Below the pieces are notes generated by a model. It saw only the letters and a program-made list of their open reading frames with translations, was not told where the DNA came from and ran no database searches. From IMG/VR virus record IMGVR_UViG_3300027782_003601, positions 1-64,000 of that record: a stretch of 64,000 nucleotides of DNA, one strand, 5' to 3'. Position 1 is the first letter of the stretch; the number at the start of each line of letters is the position of its first letter. Below, piece by piece: positions 26,982 through 36,986 of this stretch. The translations under genes and the position numbers were made by a program. Origin of the DNA: a virus.

Positions 26982-28211
26982 ATGGCTACCAATTTGAAAA
27001 AATCCGATGTTATTGTAGGTTTCACTAACGAAATCTACCAAGTTATCCAATTAGGTCGTTCCTTTGCGATGTTGACCGTTGATAACAAACCTGCTTCCAA
27101 ATTAGCTGGTGTTTCTAAAGCCCGTATGAAACAGGCATTAGATGAAAACAAAGCCATTCGTGGTTATGTTTCCAAATCCGGCAAAACCACTTACAAACTT
27201 GTTGAAATTGATGAGTTTCGTAATCTCGCTCACCAAACTCCGGAAGTTAAATCTGAATCAGTTTCAGAAGCATTTGAAACACATGAAGCACTAAAATCAT
27301 TCATTCACGACAAAGGTTATTCATTCAAACCAAAAGGTTTATTTATGGATGAATTGAAGTGGAAGTACTTACTTCGTTCAGCAGTTAGAGGTAAGAACAT
27401 TATGATGACAGGACCGACTGGTTGTGGTAAAACCTTAGCCGCTCAATCATTGGTTAAATCTCTTAATCGTCCTGATTTCTACTTCAACTTAGGAGCAACG
27501 CAAGACCCGAGAGCAACTTTGATTGGTAACACTCACTTTGATAAAGTGAAAGGTACTTTCTTCTCTGAATCTGCGTTTGTTAAAGCAATCAAAACTCCTA
27601 ACTCAATCGTATTATTAGATGAGTTAAGTAGAGCACATCCAGAAGCATGGAACATTTTGATGACTGTGTTGGATGCAGGACAACGTTACTTACGTTTAGA
27701 TGAGGCAGACGGTTCTCCAATCGTTAAGGTTGCAGAAGGTGTTACATTCATCGCAACTGCTAACATTGGTAATGAGTATACATCAACCCGTATTATGGAC
27801 CGTGCAATTATGGACCGATTCGTAACGATTGAAATGAGCTTGTTGGATAAGGATTCGGAATTTGATTTGTTAAAACTTATCTATCCAGAAGCTGATGAAT
27901 ATTCATTGAATGCATTAGCAGAGATTGCCTCTACAACACGTGAGTTAATTAAAACGGATGCCAGTAAGATTTCAACAATCTTATCTACTCGTACTAACGT
28001 AGAAGCAGCCGGTTTGGTTTACGATGGTTTCACATTGTTAGAAGCCGCTGAGATTGCTATCTTACCTTACTTCTCCGCTGATGGTGGTTTAGATTCGGAA
28101 AGAACCTTTATGAAGCAGTTAGTTCAAAAATACATCAAATCTGAAAATGGTGAGGAAAATAAACTCTTCAATGAAGTAGAAGATTCAACCGAAGAAACTA
28201 TCGTTTGGTAG
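26982..28211 (+). CDS. MoxR/CbbQ/CobS-like AAA+ ATPase
   Basis: GPTGCGKT, LLDELSR, ATAN, DRAIMDRF. Confidence 0.9.
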   Translation: MATNLKKSDVIVGFTNEIYQVIQLGRSFAMLTVDNKPASKLAGVSKARMKQALDENKAIRGYVSKSGKTTYKLVEIDEFRNLAHQTPEVKSESVSEAFETHEALKSFIHDKGYSFKPKGLFMDELKWKYLLRSAVRGKNIMMTGPTGCGKTLAAQSLVKSLNRPDFYFNLGATQDPRATLIGNTHFDKVKGTFFSESAFVKAIKTPNSIVLLDELSRAHPEAWNILMTVLDAGQRYLRLDEADGSPIVKVAEGVTFIATANIGNEYTSTRIMDRAIMDRFVTIEMSLLDKDSEFDLLKLIYPEADEYSLNALAEIASTTRELIKTDASKISTILSTRTNVEAAGLVYDGFTLLEAAEIAILPYFSADGGLDSERTFMKQLVQKYIKSENGEENKLFNEVEDSTEETIVW

Positions 28212-28233
28212 CGGTAGTTTTAAAGGGGGGTTT

Positions 28234-28268
28234 AAATGGGGGAGTGGCTTCCACTCCTCCCATTTTTT
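28234..28268 (+). terminator. Intrinsic terminator
   Basis: ATGGGGGAGTGG/CCACTCCTCCCAT plus T-tract. Confidence 0.75.
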
Positions 28269-28310
28269 ACCTAATAACTCCCAATTTTTAAACTCTAAAA
28301 TTTTATAGAA

Positions 28311-28571
28311 ATGACAACATTTAACGATTTAACATTTAACAGACTACCCGATGGTATGGGTATTCAATGCCGTATTGATTTTCCAAACGGATATGGTGCA
28401 AGTATAGTAAAAGGTCCTTATACCTATGGTGGAAGAGACGGATTATTTGAATTAGCAGTATTAGGTTCAGGTGGTGAAATATCATATGAAACACCAATTA
28501 CAGATGATGTGGTTGGATATTTAACAGAAGATGGAGTATCGGCATTATTAGCAGAGATTGAATTACTATGA
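28311..28571 (+). CDS. Hypothetical phage protein
   Basis: [23 protein letters not shown]. Confidence 0.8.
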   Translation: MTTFNDLTFNRLPDGMGIQCRIDFPNGYGASIVKGPYTYGGRDGLFELAVLGSGGEISYETPITDDVVGYLTEDGVSALLAEIELL

Positions 28572-28759
28572 GACGTAAAGAATATACCAAAGATAAGGTA
28601 AAACAAATGCGTGTAAATAGAAACACGTTGAAACCGATTGACCCATTAGTTGCTGATTTATATGCCAAAAAAGTTGGTAAGTTGCGAGCAGCGGGACACT
28701 TTACAATTGATGGGTTTAAAAAACTTATTAAAAAAGAAGATGGTAAACTTGGGGGTTGA
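28568..28759 (+). CDS. Small basic protein
   Basis: ORF track. Confidence 0.55.
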   Translation: MRRKEYTKDKVKQMRVNRNTLKPIDPLVADLYAKKVGKLRAAGHFTIDGFKKLIKKEDGKLGG

Positions 28760-28937
28760 TGGTGGTAAAATTTACCAAACAGGGTTATCATTCAGCACCA
28801 TTCAAAGGAATGGACATGGTGAATCACCACACATTAGTGGGTATCTGGTATCGGCATCTGATGCTGACAAAGGTAAATACCGATTGAAGGGATGGTTTAA
28901 TGAGGATGGTACAATTAGAATAGAACTTGTAGATTAA
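28740..28937 (+). CDS. Hypothetical protein
   Basis: ATG 28740. Confidence 0.55.
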   Translation: MVNLGVDGGKIYQTGLSFSTIQRNGHGESPHISGYLVSASDADKGKYRLKGWFNEDGTIRIELVD

Positions 28938-28943
28938 TAACAT

Positions 28944-29141
28944 ATGTGGTATTGGATTGGGTTGGTATGGTTATTGTTGTGTTATCCTTTAGCAAGAAAC
29001 ATTGATAAAGAAATGGCACAAGGTGATAATCCTTTAAGGTTTAACATTATTGTAAATCTATTAATATTTGTAAAAACTTTAATTATGATGCCAGTTTATT
29101 ATGTAATGGTTATTAAAAATATAATCGCAAATAAAAAATGA
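28944..29141 (+). CDS. Small membrane protein
   Basis: Two hydrophobic segments. Confidence 0.6.
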   Translation: MWYWIGLVWLLLCYPLARNIDKEMAQGDNPLRFNIIVNLLIFVKTLIMMPVYYVMVIKNIIANKK

Positions 29142-29382
29142 AAAATTTAAAACAACATTGGGAAGAATTTGTAGGAGACCCATCAGAATACCTACCTTAT
29201 TTACTTATTGCAGTTGGATTTGTAGTAGCAACCTATGTATTCGGATTATCATTCTATTCACACAATTTGTAAAACTTAAAAATTCCTTAAAAAAAAGTAT
29301 ATTTTACTTGGAATTTAGTAAAAAGTTTCGTATATTTGTAAAACAATTTAAAATTAATAATTAACAATTAAACAATTAAACA

Positions 29383-29544
29383 ATGAAAAAAGTATTAGCA
29401 TTAGCTTTCGTAGCAACAATGGTGGTTTTATCTGCATGTGGTGGTTCTAAATCAGAAACAAACGCAGTAGCAGATTCAACAACAGTAGATTCAACGGTTA
29501 CACAAGCAGATTCTGTTGCGGCAGATTCGGCAGTAACTAAATAA
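29383..29544 (+). CDS. Small lipoprotein (53 aa, absent from ORF track)
   Basis: MKKVLALAFVATMVVLSACGGSKSETNAVADSTTVDSTVTQADSVAADSAVTK; LSAC lipobox. Confidence 0.8.
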   Translation: MKKVLALAFVATMVVLSACGGSKSETNAVADSTTVDSTVTQADSVAADSAVTK

Positions 29545-29585
29545 GGGGAGTTAAGGAAAGTGCGGTTCGATTCCGCACTCCTCTC
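29544..29585 (+). ncRNA. tRNA-like minihelix (acceptor plus T arm only)
   Basis: AGGGGAG/CTCCTCT stem; TGCGG-TTCGATT-CCGCA; 10-nt linker. Confidence 0.55.
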
Positions 29586-29665
29586 AATTACAAACTCGCA
29601 CCCACACCTAAGCGGTTATTCTCCGATTACTTTATCAATTATTACACAAAGCAGTTTGTATTTCA

Positions 29666-29698
29666 ATAGTGGTTATATGGGTAGCCACTATTTTTTTT
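29666..29698 (+). terminator. Intrinsic terminator
   Basis: ATAGTGGTTA/TAGCCACTAT plus T-tract. Confidence 0.7.
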
Positions 29699-29719
29699 GA
29701 ACTTTAAACACTAACATAT

Positions 29720-29959
29720 ATGGCAAAATTAGAATATCCATTAGAAGTATTGCAACACGCTGAATCGGTACTAATGAAACGAATTAGAGAAATGCGTGAT
29801 GGGAAACCAAAGGATGTAGCAAAGGATAAATTGTATCAAATTAGGGATGCAATCGGTTTAGTTAAAGAATATGGAGTTGTATCGGAACAAGTAGAAGAAT
29901 TAGAAGAGGAAAAGATGATTCAATACTTTACCCACAATCCACCAATTGCAGAAGCATAA
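29720..29959 (+). CDS. Hypothetical protein
   Basis: ORF track. Confidence 0.7.
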   Translation: MAKLEYPLEVLQHAESVLMKRIREMRDGKPKDVAKDKLYQIRDAIGLVKEYGVVSEQVEELEEEKMIQYFTHNPPIAEA

Positions 29960-30120
29960 CAAAAACTCTCACATAAATGTGGGAGTTTTCTTATTTAGAA
30001 CCATTATAAATTTCTAAACTTTTTAAAAGTTTTTTGGTAAAGGCTTGACTTTTAACTTAGAATTTTGTACCTTAGATAAACAATGAGAGTTCAACTTTAA
30101 AATCTAAAACCCCCTTTATT

Positions 30121-30432
30121 ATGACAAAATCAAAAGAGTTTTCCGCCCGTTATTCTTCTTCTTCAAATTTAGAAGCCGCTTCTGAGTTCATCAACATTCC
30201 TGCTAATAAGGGACGAGTTTTAAAGGCCGGTGTGCCTGTGATTGTTCTTGGTGAGTTTCGGTTTCCTTTCAGAAACAAAGTTCAGAGACAAGAGATTAGA
30301 GAGTTCAGCAAGTTATTAACCACAGAACTTATCAACATTAAAGAAATCATTAGTTTCTCTCCAAAGGTTGCGGAAGCTAAATTGAAAGAGAGTTACGGAT
30401 TTTCAAACAACATCATCAAATCATTAGTTTAA
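30121..30432 (+). CDS. Hypothetical early protein
   Basis: Own promoter, CCCCCTTT leader. Confidence 0.7.
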   Translation: MTKSKEFSARYSSSSNLEAASEFINIPANKGRVLKAGVPVIVLGEFRFPFRNKVQRQEIREFSKLLTTELINIKEIISFSPKVAEAKLKESYGFSNNIIKSLV

Positions 30433-30437
30433 TCATT

Positions 30438-30737
30438 ATGGCAAATCAGAAATCAGAGTTCCCACGTGGATACAAAGTTGAAGAAATCAACAAAACATTA
30501 AATATTGGAGGTGAGGTAGTTCCATCAATTTTATTTCAGGTCACTTCTAAAAAAAATCCAACACCTAAGATATTTATTAACAAAGAAGCAGTTCATAAAT
30601 ACATTAATGAATTGGAACGGATAAAATTAGAAGCAAAAGCATTAAACTTGAGTGGATACCAACACGTTAGTGGTGTAGTTCAGAAACATAACGAATTAAT
30701 AGCAGTTGCTGAGTTAGAAGAAATTTCAGGAATTTAA
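30438..30737 (+). CDS. Hypothetical protein
   Basis: ORF track. Confidence 0.7.
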   Translation: MANQKSEFPRGYKVEEINKTLNIGGEVVPSILFQVTSKKNPTPKIFINKEAVHKYINELERIKLEAKALNLSGYQHVSGVVQKHNELIAVAELEEISGI

Positions 30738-30748
30738 AATAAATTATT

Positions 30749-31567
30749 ATGATAAGATTAAAAGATTTATTGAAAGAAGGAGAAAGTAAAAATCCACTAA
30801 TCAGCCGTTTATTGATGGAGTTGAAACCTTTAATAGCTGACATTATTGAAAATAAAAAACAAAGCTATAAAAAAGAAGATAAAGAATTTACTAAATATGA
30901 TGAACATTACACCGAAATCGTATTAAAATATGATATGGTTAAAGCTTTGGAAAAATACACACAACCTACTGATAAAATGAGTGAGGTTAGGGTAAGAAAT
31001 TCATCCAAAGGTTCATTTCAAATCAGTTGTATAATTGAAAGGGATGGTACTAGCTATCCATTTAACACCGAAGTTATTTACGCAGGTGGATATAATATTC
31101 AGAAGTTACACTTTCGTTATTTAACTAAAACATACTTACCATATACGGGTCAAGATGCCGAAACTCAAAAGTTAAAAGGTGAATTGAATAAATTATCAAA
31201 AGGTGAGAGATTAAAAGCGGATATTGAAATGTATCAAAAAAATGTTGATTACTATCAAAAGTTGGTGGATGACAACTCCAAATTAAGTGATAAAGAAATC
31301 ATCAAAATAGTTAGTGCAGATGGGTATGGGACAACTCCTAAAGGTGGTTGGTTTGCTTCTCAATTAAAACCTTTGAAATGGGATGAATTAAGCGATGAAC
31401 AAAAGGAACGATTTGGTAGTAAAGCAGCAATGGAAAAAGATAATAAAGAACAAGCCGAATATGCTATTGCTTGGTGGAAAAAAAGAAACATAGAATGGCA
31501 TAAGGAATCTATAAAAAATGCCAAATTAGAAAAGGCAAGGGTTCAAAAAAAATTAGATAATTTGTAA
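30749..31567 (+). CDS. MIKLK-motif protein
   Basis: N-term MIRLKDLLKE; IYAGGYNIQKLHFRYL. Confidence 0.75.
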   Translation: MIRLKDLLKEGESKNPLISRLLMELKPLIADIIENKKQSYKKEDKEFTKYDEHYTEIVLKYDMVKALEKYTQPTDKMSEVRVRNSSKGSFQISCIIERDGTSYPFNTEVIYAGGYNIQKLHFRYLTKTYLPYTGQDAETQKLKGELNKLSKGERLKADIEMYQKNVDYYQKLVDDNSKLSDKEIIKIVSADGYGTTPKGGWFASQLKPLKWDELSDEQKERFGSKAAMEKDNKEQAEYAIAWWKKRNIEWHKESIKNAKLEKARVQKKLDNL

Positions 31568-31665
31568 AAATATTTTACAAAAAGCTTGACTTGTATTGAT
31601 ATTTTTTGTATATTGTAAGGTAATTGAGAGTGAGAGTTAAAATCTAAAATCTAAATATAAAAGTT

Positions 31666-32244
31666 ATGAAAAAGACAATTAAATTCAACTATTTGGGTAT
31701 CCGTTTTGAGTTACCTGAAACCTGTTTAAGAACTAAAAATTACTCAGGAGTTACGTTACTTAATCCAGTTATCACTATAGGACGTAAAGAAGTTCCTTTG
31801 ATGTTCAAACAATGGATGAAGGTTAAATATCCTAATATGTTGGTGTGGGGTAAATCATCCACTTTCGCTAACGGTTCTTCATCCGATTTGTATGCGTGTT
31901 ACGCAGATGGTTCAGAGTTAGCATATGGTACTGAAGATTATAGAGAAATCTCTTCGTTCTGTAATATGTTCAAAGGAGGTCATTATGATGGTATGCATGA
32001 TTTGTATGAGTACGCGGAGAATGGTAAGACCGATAATGGTACTGAGTTAGAGTTCAATTCTAAGTATGTTTCATTCAACGGAAAAGCACCTTTCGGTACT
32101 TGGCCAGAGGCATTACGTTCCTTAAAGGGTATGTTAGCGGGTGAGTATGTGTGGGGAGTGTTGACTGTTGAGAAAGCAATAGAGAAGTTAAAAGGTTACT
32201 CTTATACAGAGGCAACTATTGAGAAAGCATTACAATATATCTAA
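31666..32244 (+). CDS. LPD29-like polyvalent-protein domain
   Basis: SSTFANGSS and FKGGHYDGMHDLYEY pattern. Confidence 0.55.
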   Translation: MKKTIKFNYLGIRFELPETCLRTKNYSGVTLLNPVITIGRKEVPLMFKQWMKVKYPNMLVWGKSSTFANGSSSDLYACYADGSELAYGTEDYREISSFCNMFKGGHYDGMHDLYEYAENGKTDNGTELEFNSKYVSFNGKAPFGTWPEALRSLKGMLAGEYVWGVLTVEKAIEKLKGYSYTEATIEKALQYI

Positions 32245-32377
32245 ACAATAAAATTATGATAGCAAGAGAATTCGGAGTAATGGATTATGTAGTAGGTATT
32301 TTTCACCTAACAGTTTTAGTTGGGTTATTTTTGATTGGATTAGCTATGATTTACAGAGGCATTAAAAATCAGAAAAT

Positions 32378-32560
32378 ATGAAATGGTTTTATAGTGAGAT
32401 GGGTAGTAAAAACAAAAAGACAGGTACTTACAAATACTATAAAGTATCAGTTGAAGATTGGAAAATTGTAGGGTGTAACTGCGAAGCAAGAGATTTTCGC
32501 AGATATACACCTTGCAAACATATGATTTCAATACATAACAAATTAGGACACAGTTTATAA
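32378..32560 (+). CDS. SWIM zinc-finger protein
   Basis: CNC...CKH. Confidence 0.7.
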   Translation: MKWFYSEMGSKNKKTGTYKYYKVSVEDWKIVGCNCEARDFRRYTPCKHMISIHNKLGHSL

Positions 32561-32568
32561 ATAATAAT

Positions 32569-32904
32569 ATGGTAATATACAATCCAGATGCAGAATTGAC
32601 CGAAACTGAGTTAAATGCATTAGATGAAAAAGATTTTTTTCAATATTTAGATTCAAAGGCAAAGTATTTAAAACAGTTTACTCGTCCATTGGATACTTAT
32701 CATGCTAAAACGTTTGCAGCACTTGCCAATGGTGGAAATCTATCAACGGAAGAACTACAAACTGCAAAGGAAATTGGTAGAATTGGCGATGAAGCCAAAC
32801 ATAACGCAATTGCGGAAGCAACTGAAAAATTAGGTGGAGACCCTAAATATAAAGATGAAGGAATTAAAAATGTAAAGACCCACCGTTCGCAGTGGTTTGA
32901 TTAA
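32569..32904 (+). CDS. Hypothetical protein
   Basis: ORF track. Confidence 0.7.
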   Translation: MVIYNPDAELTETELNALDEKDFFQYLDSKAKYLKQFTRPLDTYHAKTFAALANGGNLSTEELQTAKEIGRIGDEAKHNAIAEATEKLGGDPKYKDEGIKNVKTHRSQWFD

Positions 32905-32916
32905 AACAAAACAATT

Positions 32917-33396
32917 ATGGCATATAAGAATCAACCAAGTAAAGTAAGTGCAACCCAATGGGGTAAGACTGTGACAATAGAAGTAGACCATTCAGATACA
33001 GATTTATTAGAGTTAATAGATATGTTCAAAGCTTTAGCAGTTGGACTAGACTATAGTGAAAGTAGTTGGAGAAGTGTAATCAAAGAGTTAGGATTAATGT
33101 ATGAGGAGGAAGATACCAATGATTTGAAAGAAAAATTAAATGAGTGGAAAGAAGATGATAATTTCGTAGCTGATTTTCCACCACATAAATCATATGAATA
33201 TAAAATGAGTCCAATTGATAGTTATGTTAGAGGATTGCATGAAGAACAAATTGATGCAGCATTAAGAGAACATAACAAAGATGAAGAATCTATAGAAGAA
33301 TATAATATAGATGAATATGTAGAAGGTACTACCGAAGATAATTATGACGAAGGTGGGAGGCCGATTGAGAAGGACAATTATAAATCAAAAGAATAA
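32917..33396 (+). CDS. Acidic hypothetical protein
   Basis: ORF track. Confidence 0.7.
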   Translation: MAYKNQPSKVSATQWGKTVTIEVDHSDTDLLELIDMFKALAVGLDYSESSWRSVIKELGLMYEEEDTNDLKEKLNEWKEDDNFVADFPPHKSYEYKMSPIDSYVRGLHEEQIDAALREHNKDEESIEEYNIDEYVEGTTEDNYDEGGRPIEKDNYKSKE

Positions 33397-33399
33397 TAG

Positions 33400-33645
33400 A
33401 TGGTAATTCTAATTGATACTAACGAATTAACGGAGGAGTTTGTAGAAAGTTGGAAAATGGAGTTCATTAGAGACCTACATATAGATTATGCAACCAATTG
33501 TATTCATGCTTGGTTTGAAGGTAAGGAAGTGATATTATACCGATTTAAAGAATATGGTTGGATAAATGATAATAGGCAAAACACCTATGATATATCAGTA
33601 GGTAAAGCAGGTATTACTATTAAAATAACAAAAAATGAGTTATAA
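33400..33645 (+). CDS. Hypothetical protein
   Basis: ORF track. Confidence 0.65.
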   Translation: MVILIDTNELTEEFVESWKMEFIRDLHIDYATNCIHAWFEGKEVILYRFKEYGWINDNRQNTYDISVGKAGITIKITKNEL

Positions 33646-34126
33646 TCGTTACAGATGGTTTACAAAAGGTAGACCCAATAAACCTTTAAAGGAAGATGCT
33701 CCTTTACTATTAAAAATACGAAATGGTGACTTTGCTTATTCTTATATGTTTGGTGAAGCTAGGGATGTTAAAGAAAGTGCCAAGAAAGCTAGTGAGATGG
33801 CTTATAAAAATTATGGGGGCACGAATCTCAAAAATCGTAATGAGGTTGCTATGGAAGCGGGTAGAATGAAACGAATAAAGGCAATCAAATTAGAATTAGA
33901 AGCATTTGCCAATGAGAATAGAATCCTATGGAAATTGCAAGGAGATTTAAAAAAAGAATTTGGTAAAGACCTATGGGATAAAGCAATGGAACTTAAAAGA
34001 GGTTTCAAAACTATAGAGGATTTATATTGGTGGTATAAAAAAAGAGTTAAAGAAGTAACTACCAAATCCGAAATGGATATTCAGTTAAAAAGAGCAAACA
34101 CAAAAGGACTACAGCATTTAATATAA
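33635..34126 (+). CDS. Hypothetical protein
   Basis: ORF track. Confidence 0.7.
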   Translation: MSYNRYRWFTKGRPNKPLKEDAPLLLKIRNGDFAYSYMFGEARDVKESAKKASEMAYKNYGGTNLKNRNEVAMEAGRMKRIKAIKLELEAFANENRILWKLQGDLKKEFGKDLWDKAMELKRGFKTIEDLYWWYKKRVKEVTTKSEMDIQLKRANTKGLQHLI

Positions 34127-34494
34127 TGAAAGAAGAACCAATTTTACTACACATTGATTTGGGAAACCAATCTTTATCAAATTGGTTACGTGAAAACAAA
34201 TACATTATATTTTCAGAGCTGGTTAGATATTCCGAAAAATTAATTAAATTGGGTTTAGAATCTATTCAAGCAATAATGGTTTCTAATTTATCAGACAATG
34301 TTGTTTTTATTATTCAAAGAAAAGATTTACAAATTACATTAGATAAAGCAATGGATTATTTTCTTTCTATGGAAGAATATGAAAAATGTGCTGAAATTCG
34401 TAATTTGTATATACTTATTGAAAACTTGAAAAATGAAACAGAGAATATTGAAATTAGTAAGCCAAATAAAAGACAATCTAAAAGAAGTAGATAA
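34126..34494 (+). CDS. Hypothetical protein with UVR-like EEYEKCAEIR motif
   Basis: C-terminal motif, similar to one in 58760-59062. Confidence 0.7.
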   Translation: MKEEPILLHIDLGNQSLSNWLRENKYIIFSELVRYSEKLIKLGLESIQAIMVSNLSDNVVFIIQRKDLQITLDKAMDYFLSMEEYEKCAEIRNLYILIENLKNETENIEISKPNKRQSKRSR

Positions 34495-34614
34495 TGATGG
34501 TGTTTATCACCCATTGTTGGATGATGTTTACGATTCGTTGGAACTTATAGAAACGGAAATTTACGATGATGATGATTTGGCATTAGACCCATTCGCATCT
34601 TTAGATGATGATTA

Positions 34615-34836
34615 TTGATGAGAAATTTACAGTTAATTAATGTTGCAGACGAACTTTATGAAGTTGTTAGGAGATTTCCATACACAAAATTCAAAGTTCA
34701 ATTGGATGGTGAAAATACTGAAATATTAAAATCACATTATGGTGTTGATAAGATATTGAGACATCACCCAACACAGGAGTATTTCTTTGTAAATCTAATA
34801 GAAGATGCAAAGGTAGAATATTATGAATCAAACTAA
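34615..34836 (+). CDS. Hypothetical protein
   Basis: ORF track. Confidence 0.6.
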   Translation: MMRNLQLINVADELYEVVRRFPYTKFKVQLDGENTEILKSHYGVDKILRHHPTQEYFFVNLIEDAKVEYYESN

Positions 34837-35040
34837 ATCAAATATAAATGGCACTTACTAAAAAGGAACAAAAAAAAGAGCATTACAAACAGATTGTAAA
34901 AAAAACTATCAAAGAACAACAGAAAGTTGGAATTTACAAAAAGAAATCATAGTAAAAGGGAAACGGAAAAGTTTCCCTTTTTTTATTTGGATATGTGGAA
35001 AATATTTTGTATATTTGTGAAACATTTAAAATTTAAAACT

Positions 35041-35430
35041 ATGGATACGAACATAAAATTAAAAATTACATTAGGTACAATACTAATAGTTGGAATAATG
35101 GGTATGGTTTATGGATTGAGTATTAAGGATGAAGATAAACCAATCGTTGCAATGGGTAGACAAAACTATGAGATTCAAACTCATACAATAGATTCATTGG
35201 CTAGAGTAGTTGATAGTTTACAAATAGAGATAGTTTCATTAGAAGATGGTTTTGATTATAAGGAACACCGTTATGATGATGTTATATTTCAATATGAATT
35301 GGGTTTATCTTATCTTAAAGATTACCATCAAAACGCATATAGAGATTTTCATAGATTCCTTGCTCATAAAGAAAGATATTCAAAGAAAGACGAAAGAGAA
35401 AATAATAAACTATTAAGTATTAAAGAATAG
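35041..35430 (+). CDS. Membrane-anchored hypothetical protein
   Basis: ATG 35041 after promoter. Confidence 0.7.
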   Translation: MDTNIKLKITLGTILIVGIMGMVYGLSIKDEDKPIVAMGRQNYEIQTHTIDSLARVVDSLQIEIVSLEDGFDYKEHRYDDVIFQYELGLSYLKDYHQNAYRDFHRFLAHKERYSKKDERENNKLLSIKE

Positions 35431-35432
35431 TT

Positions 35433-35816
35433 ATGAAACCAATCCACAAATTTAACGGAGGTAGAGGAGCAACCCTATGTAATGAATGTAGTAAAATCAT
35501 TACCGAAGGTATGACAGATGATTTGTATTGTGAAGAGCATGGTGGGAGAAAGATGCATAAATACACTCTTATCAGAGAAAGAGATGGTTTAACTATTGAT
35601 GCAAACAAAATAGCATGGATAGAGTTTAGTGCTAATGGTGTGGGTAAAGCAATGCATGAAGACCCTGCAATAGATAGGAGTTTGATGTTAGAACCAAGCA
35701 TTAGTTATAAATGGATGACAACTACCATAACTGAAATTGTAGAGCAAAAAGAAGGATATATAAAATTTAAGACATTAAATAGTATTTACGAATTAAAATA
35801 TGAACACAATAGATAA
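35433..35816 (+). CDS. Zn-finger-like hypothetical protein
   Basis: CNEC...CEEH. Confidence 0.7.
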   Translation: MKPIHKFNGGRGATLCNECSKIITEGMTDDLYCEEHGGRKMHKYTLIRERDGLTIDANKIAWIEFSANGVGKAMHEDPAIDRSLMLEPSISYKWMTTTITEIVEQKEGYIKFKTLNSIYELKYEHNR

Positions 35817-36885
35817 AAAGTATCAACAATTACTTAGTGATATTATTGAATTTGGTGTAGAAAAACAGGATAGAACCGGAACAGGTACTATATCAGAGTT
35901 TGGGCATCAGATAAGACATAAGATGAGTGAGGGGTTTCCATTACTCACTACAAAGAAGATGCATTGGAAATCAATCGTTACAGAACTCCTATGGTTTCTA
36001 CGTGGAGATACTAACATCAAATTCCTATTGGATTACGATTGCCACATTTGGGATGGTGATGCTTATAAGAACTATCTAAATCATACGCAAGATGAAGCAT
36101 CTTATACAAAAGAACAATTTATCAATTTAATTAAAACAGATAAAGATTGGGCAAATGTATGGGGTGATTTAGGACCAATCTATGGTAAGCAGTGGAGACA
36201 GTGGCAAGGGTGGATGGATATGAATGGTAATGAGAAAGGTTCATTGTGGTATGACCAAATACTACGATTGGTACATGACTTAAAAACCAATGCAGATAGT
36301 AGAAGATTAATGGTATCTGCTTGGAATGTAGCAGAGTTAGACCAAATGGTTTTACCACCTTGCCACTATGGATTTCAAGTTTATACAAGAGAGTTAAGTG
36401 AACAAGAACGGATGGATTCATATAACAAATCAAATTGGAACAAAGATATATTCCCAAGTGATGTGAGTGGATGGAATAGACTACTTGATACTTATAATAT
36501 CCCAACACGTGCAATCTCTTTAATGTGGAATCAACGTAGTTGTGATACATTTTTGGGATTACCTTTTAACATAGCATCTTATGCATTACTATTAGAGATT
36601 ATTGCGAAAGAAGTAAATATGGTGCCGGAAGATTTGATTGGTAATTTGGGAGATGTGCATTTATATAAAAACCACATTGAACAAGCCAAAGAGCAGATTG
36701 AAAGAGAACCATATAGTTTACCAACAATTCAAATCACCGAAAGAAATTGGTATCAGCACGAAAAAGTAAAAGAACAATTAGGACCAAAAACATTTAGAGA
36801 TATAATACTATCTTACAGACCAGATTGTTTTGAACTAATAGGTTATGAATCACATCCAAAAATTAAAGCACCTTTATCAAATTAA
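35800..36885 (+). CDS. thyA: Thymidylate synthase
   Basis: DRTGTGT, ELLWFLRG, SRR, LPPCH, QRSCD-FLGLPFN, HLYKNH. Confidence 0.97.
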   Translation: MNTIDKKYQQLLSDIIEFGVEKQDRTGTGTISEFGHQIRHKMSEGFPLLTTKKMHWKSIVTELLWFLRGDTNIKFLLDYDCHIWDGDAYKNYLNHTQDEASYTKEQFINLIKTDKDWANVWGDLGPIYGKQWRQWQGWMDMNGNEKGSLWYDQILRLVHDLKTNADSRRLMVSAWNVAELDQMVLPPCHYGFQVYTRELSEQERMDSYNKSNWNKDIFPSDVSGWNRLLDTYNIPTRAISLMWNQRSCDTFLGLPFNIASYALLLEIIAKEVNMVPEDLIGNLGDVHLYKNHIEQAKEQIEREPYSLPTIQITERNWYQHEKVKEQLGPKTFRDIILSYRPDCFELIGYESHPKIKAPLSN

Positions 36886-36986
36886 TATGAACGAAATAAA
36901 AACACCATTAAAATTATTTATAGTCGGATTCGCTTTATGCTTTTTGGTATTGAAGTGCGCAACTATGTAATGTAAACAAAATTAAA

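Noticed and set aside
36380-36510. Intron or intein in thyA
   Set aside because: The extra ~40 aa is in frame, short and lacks splicing motifs.
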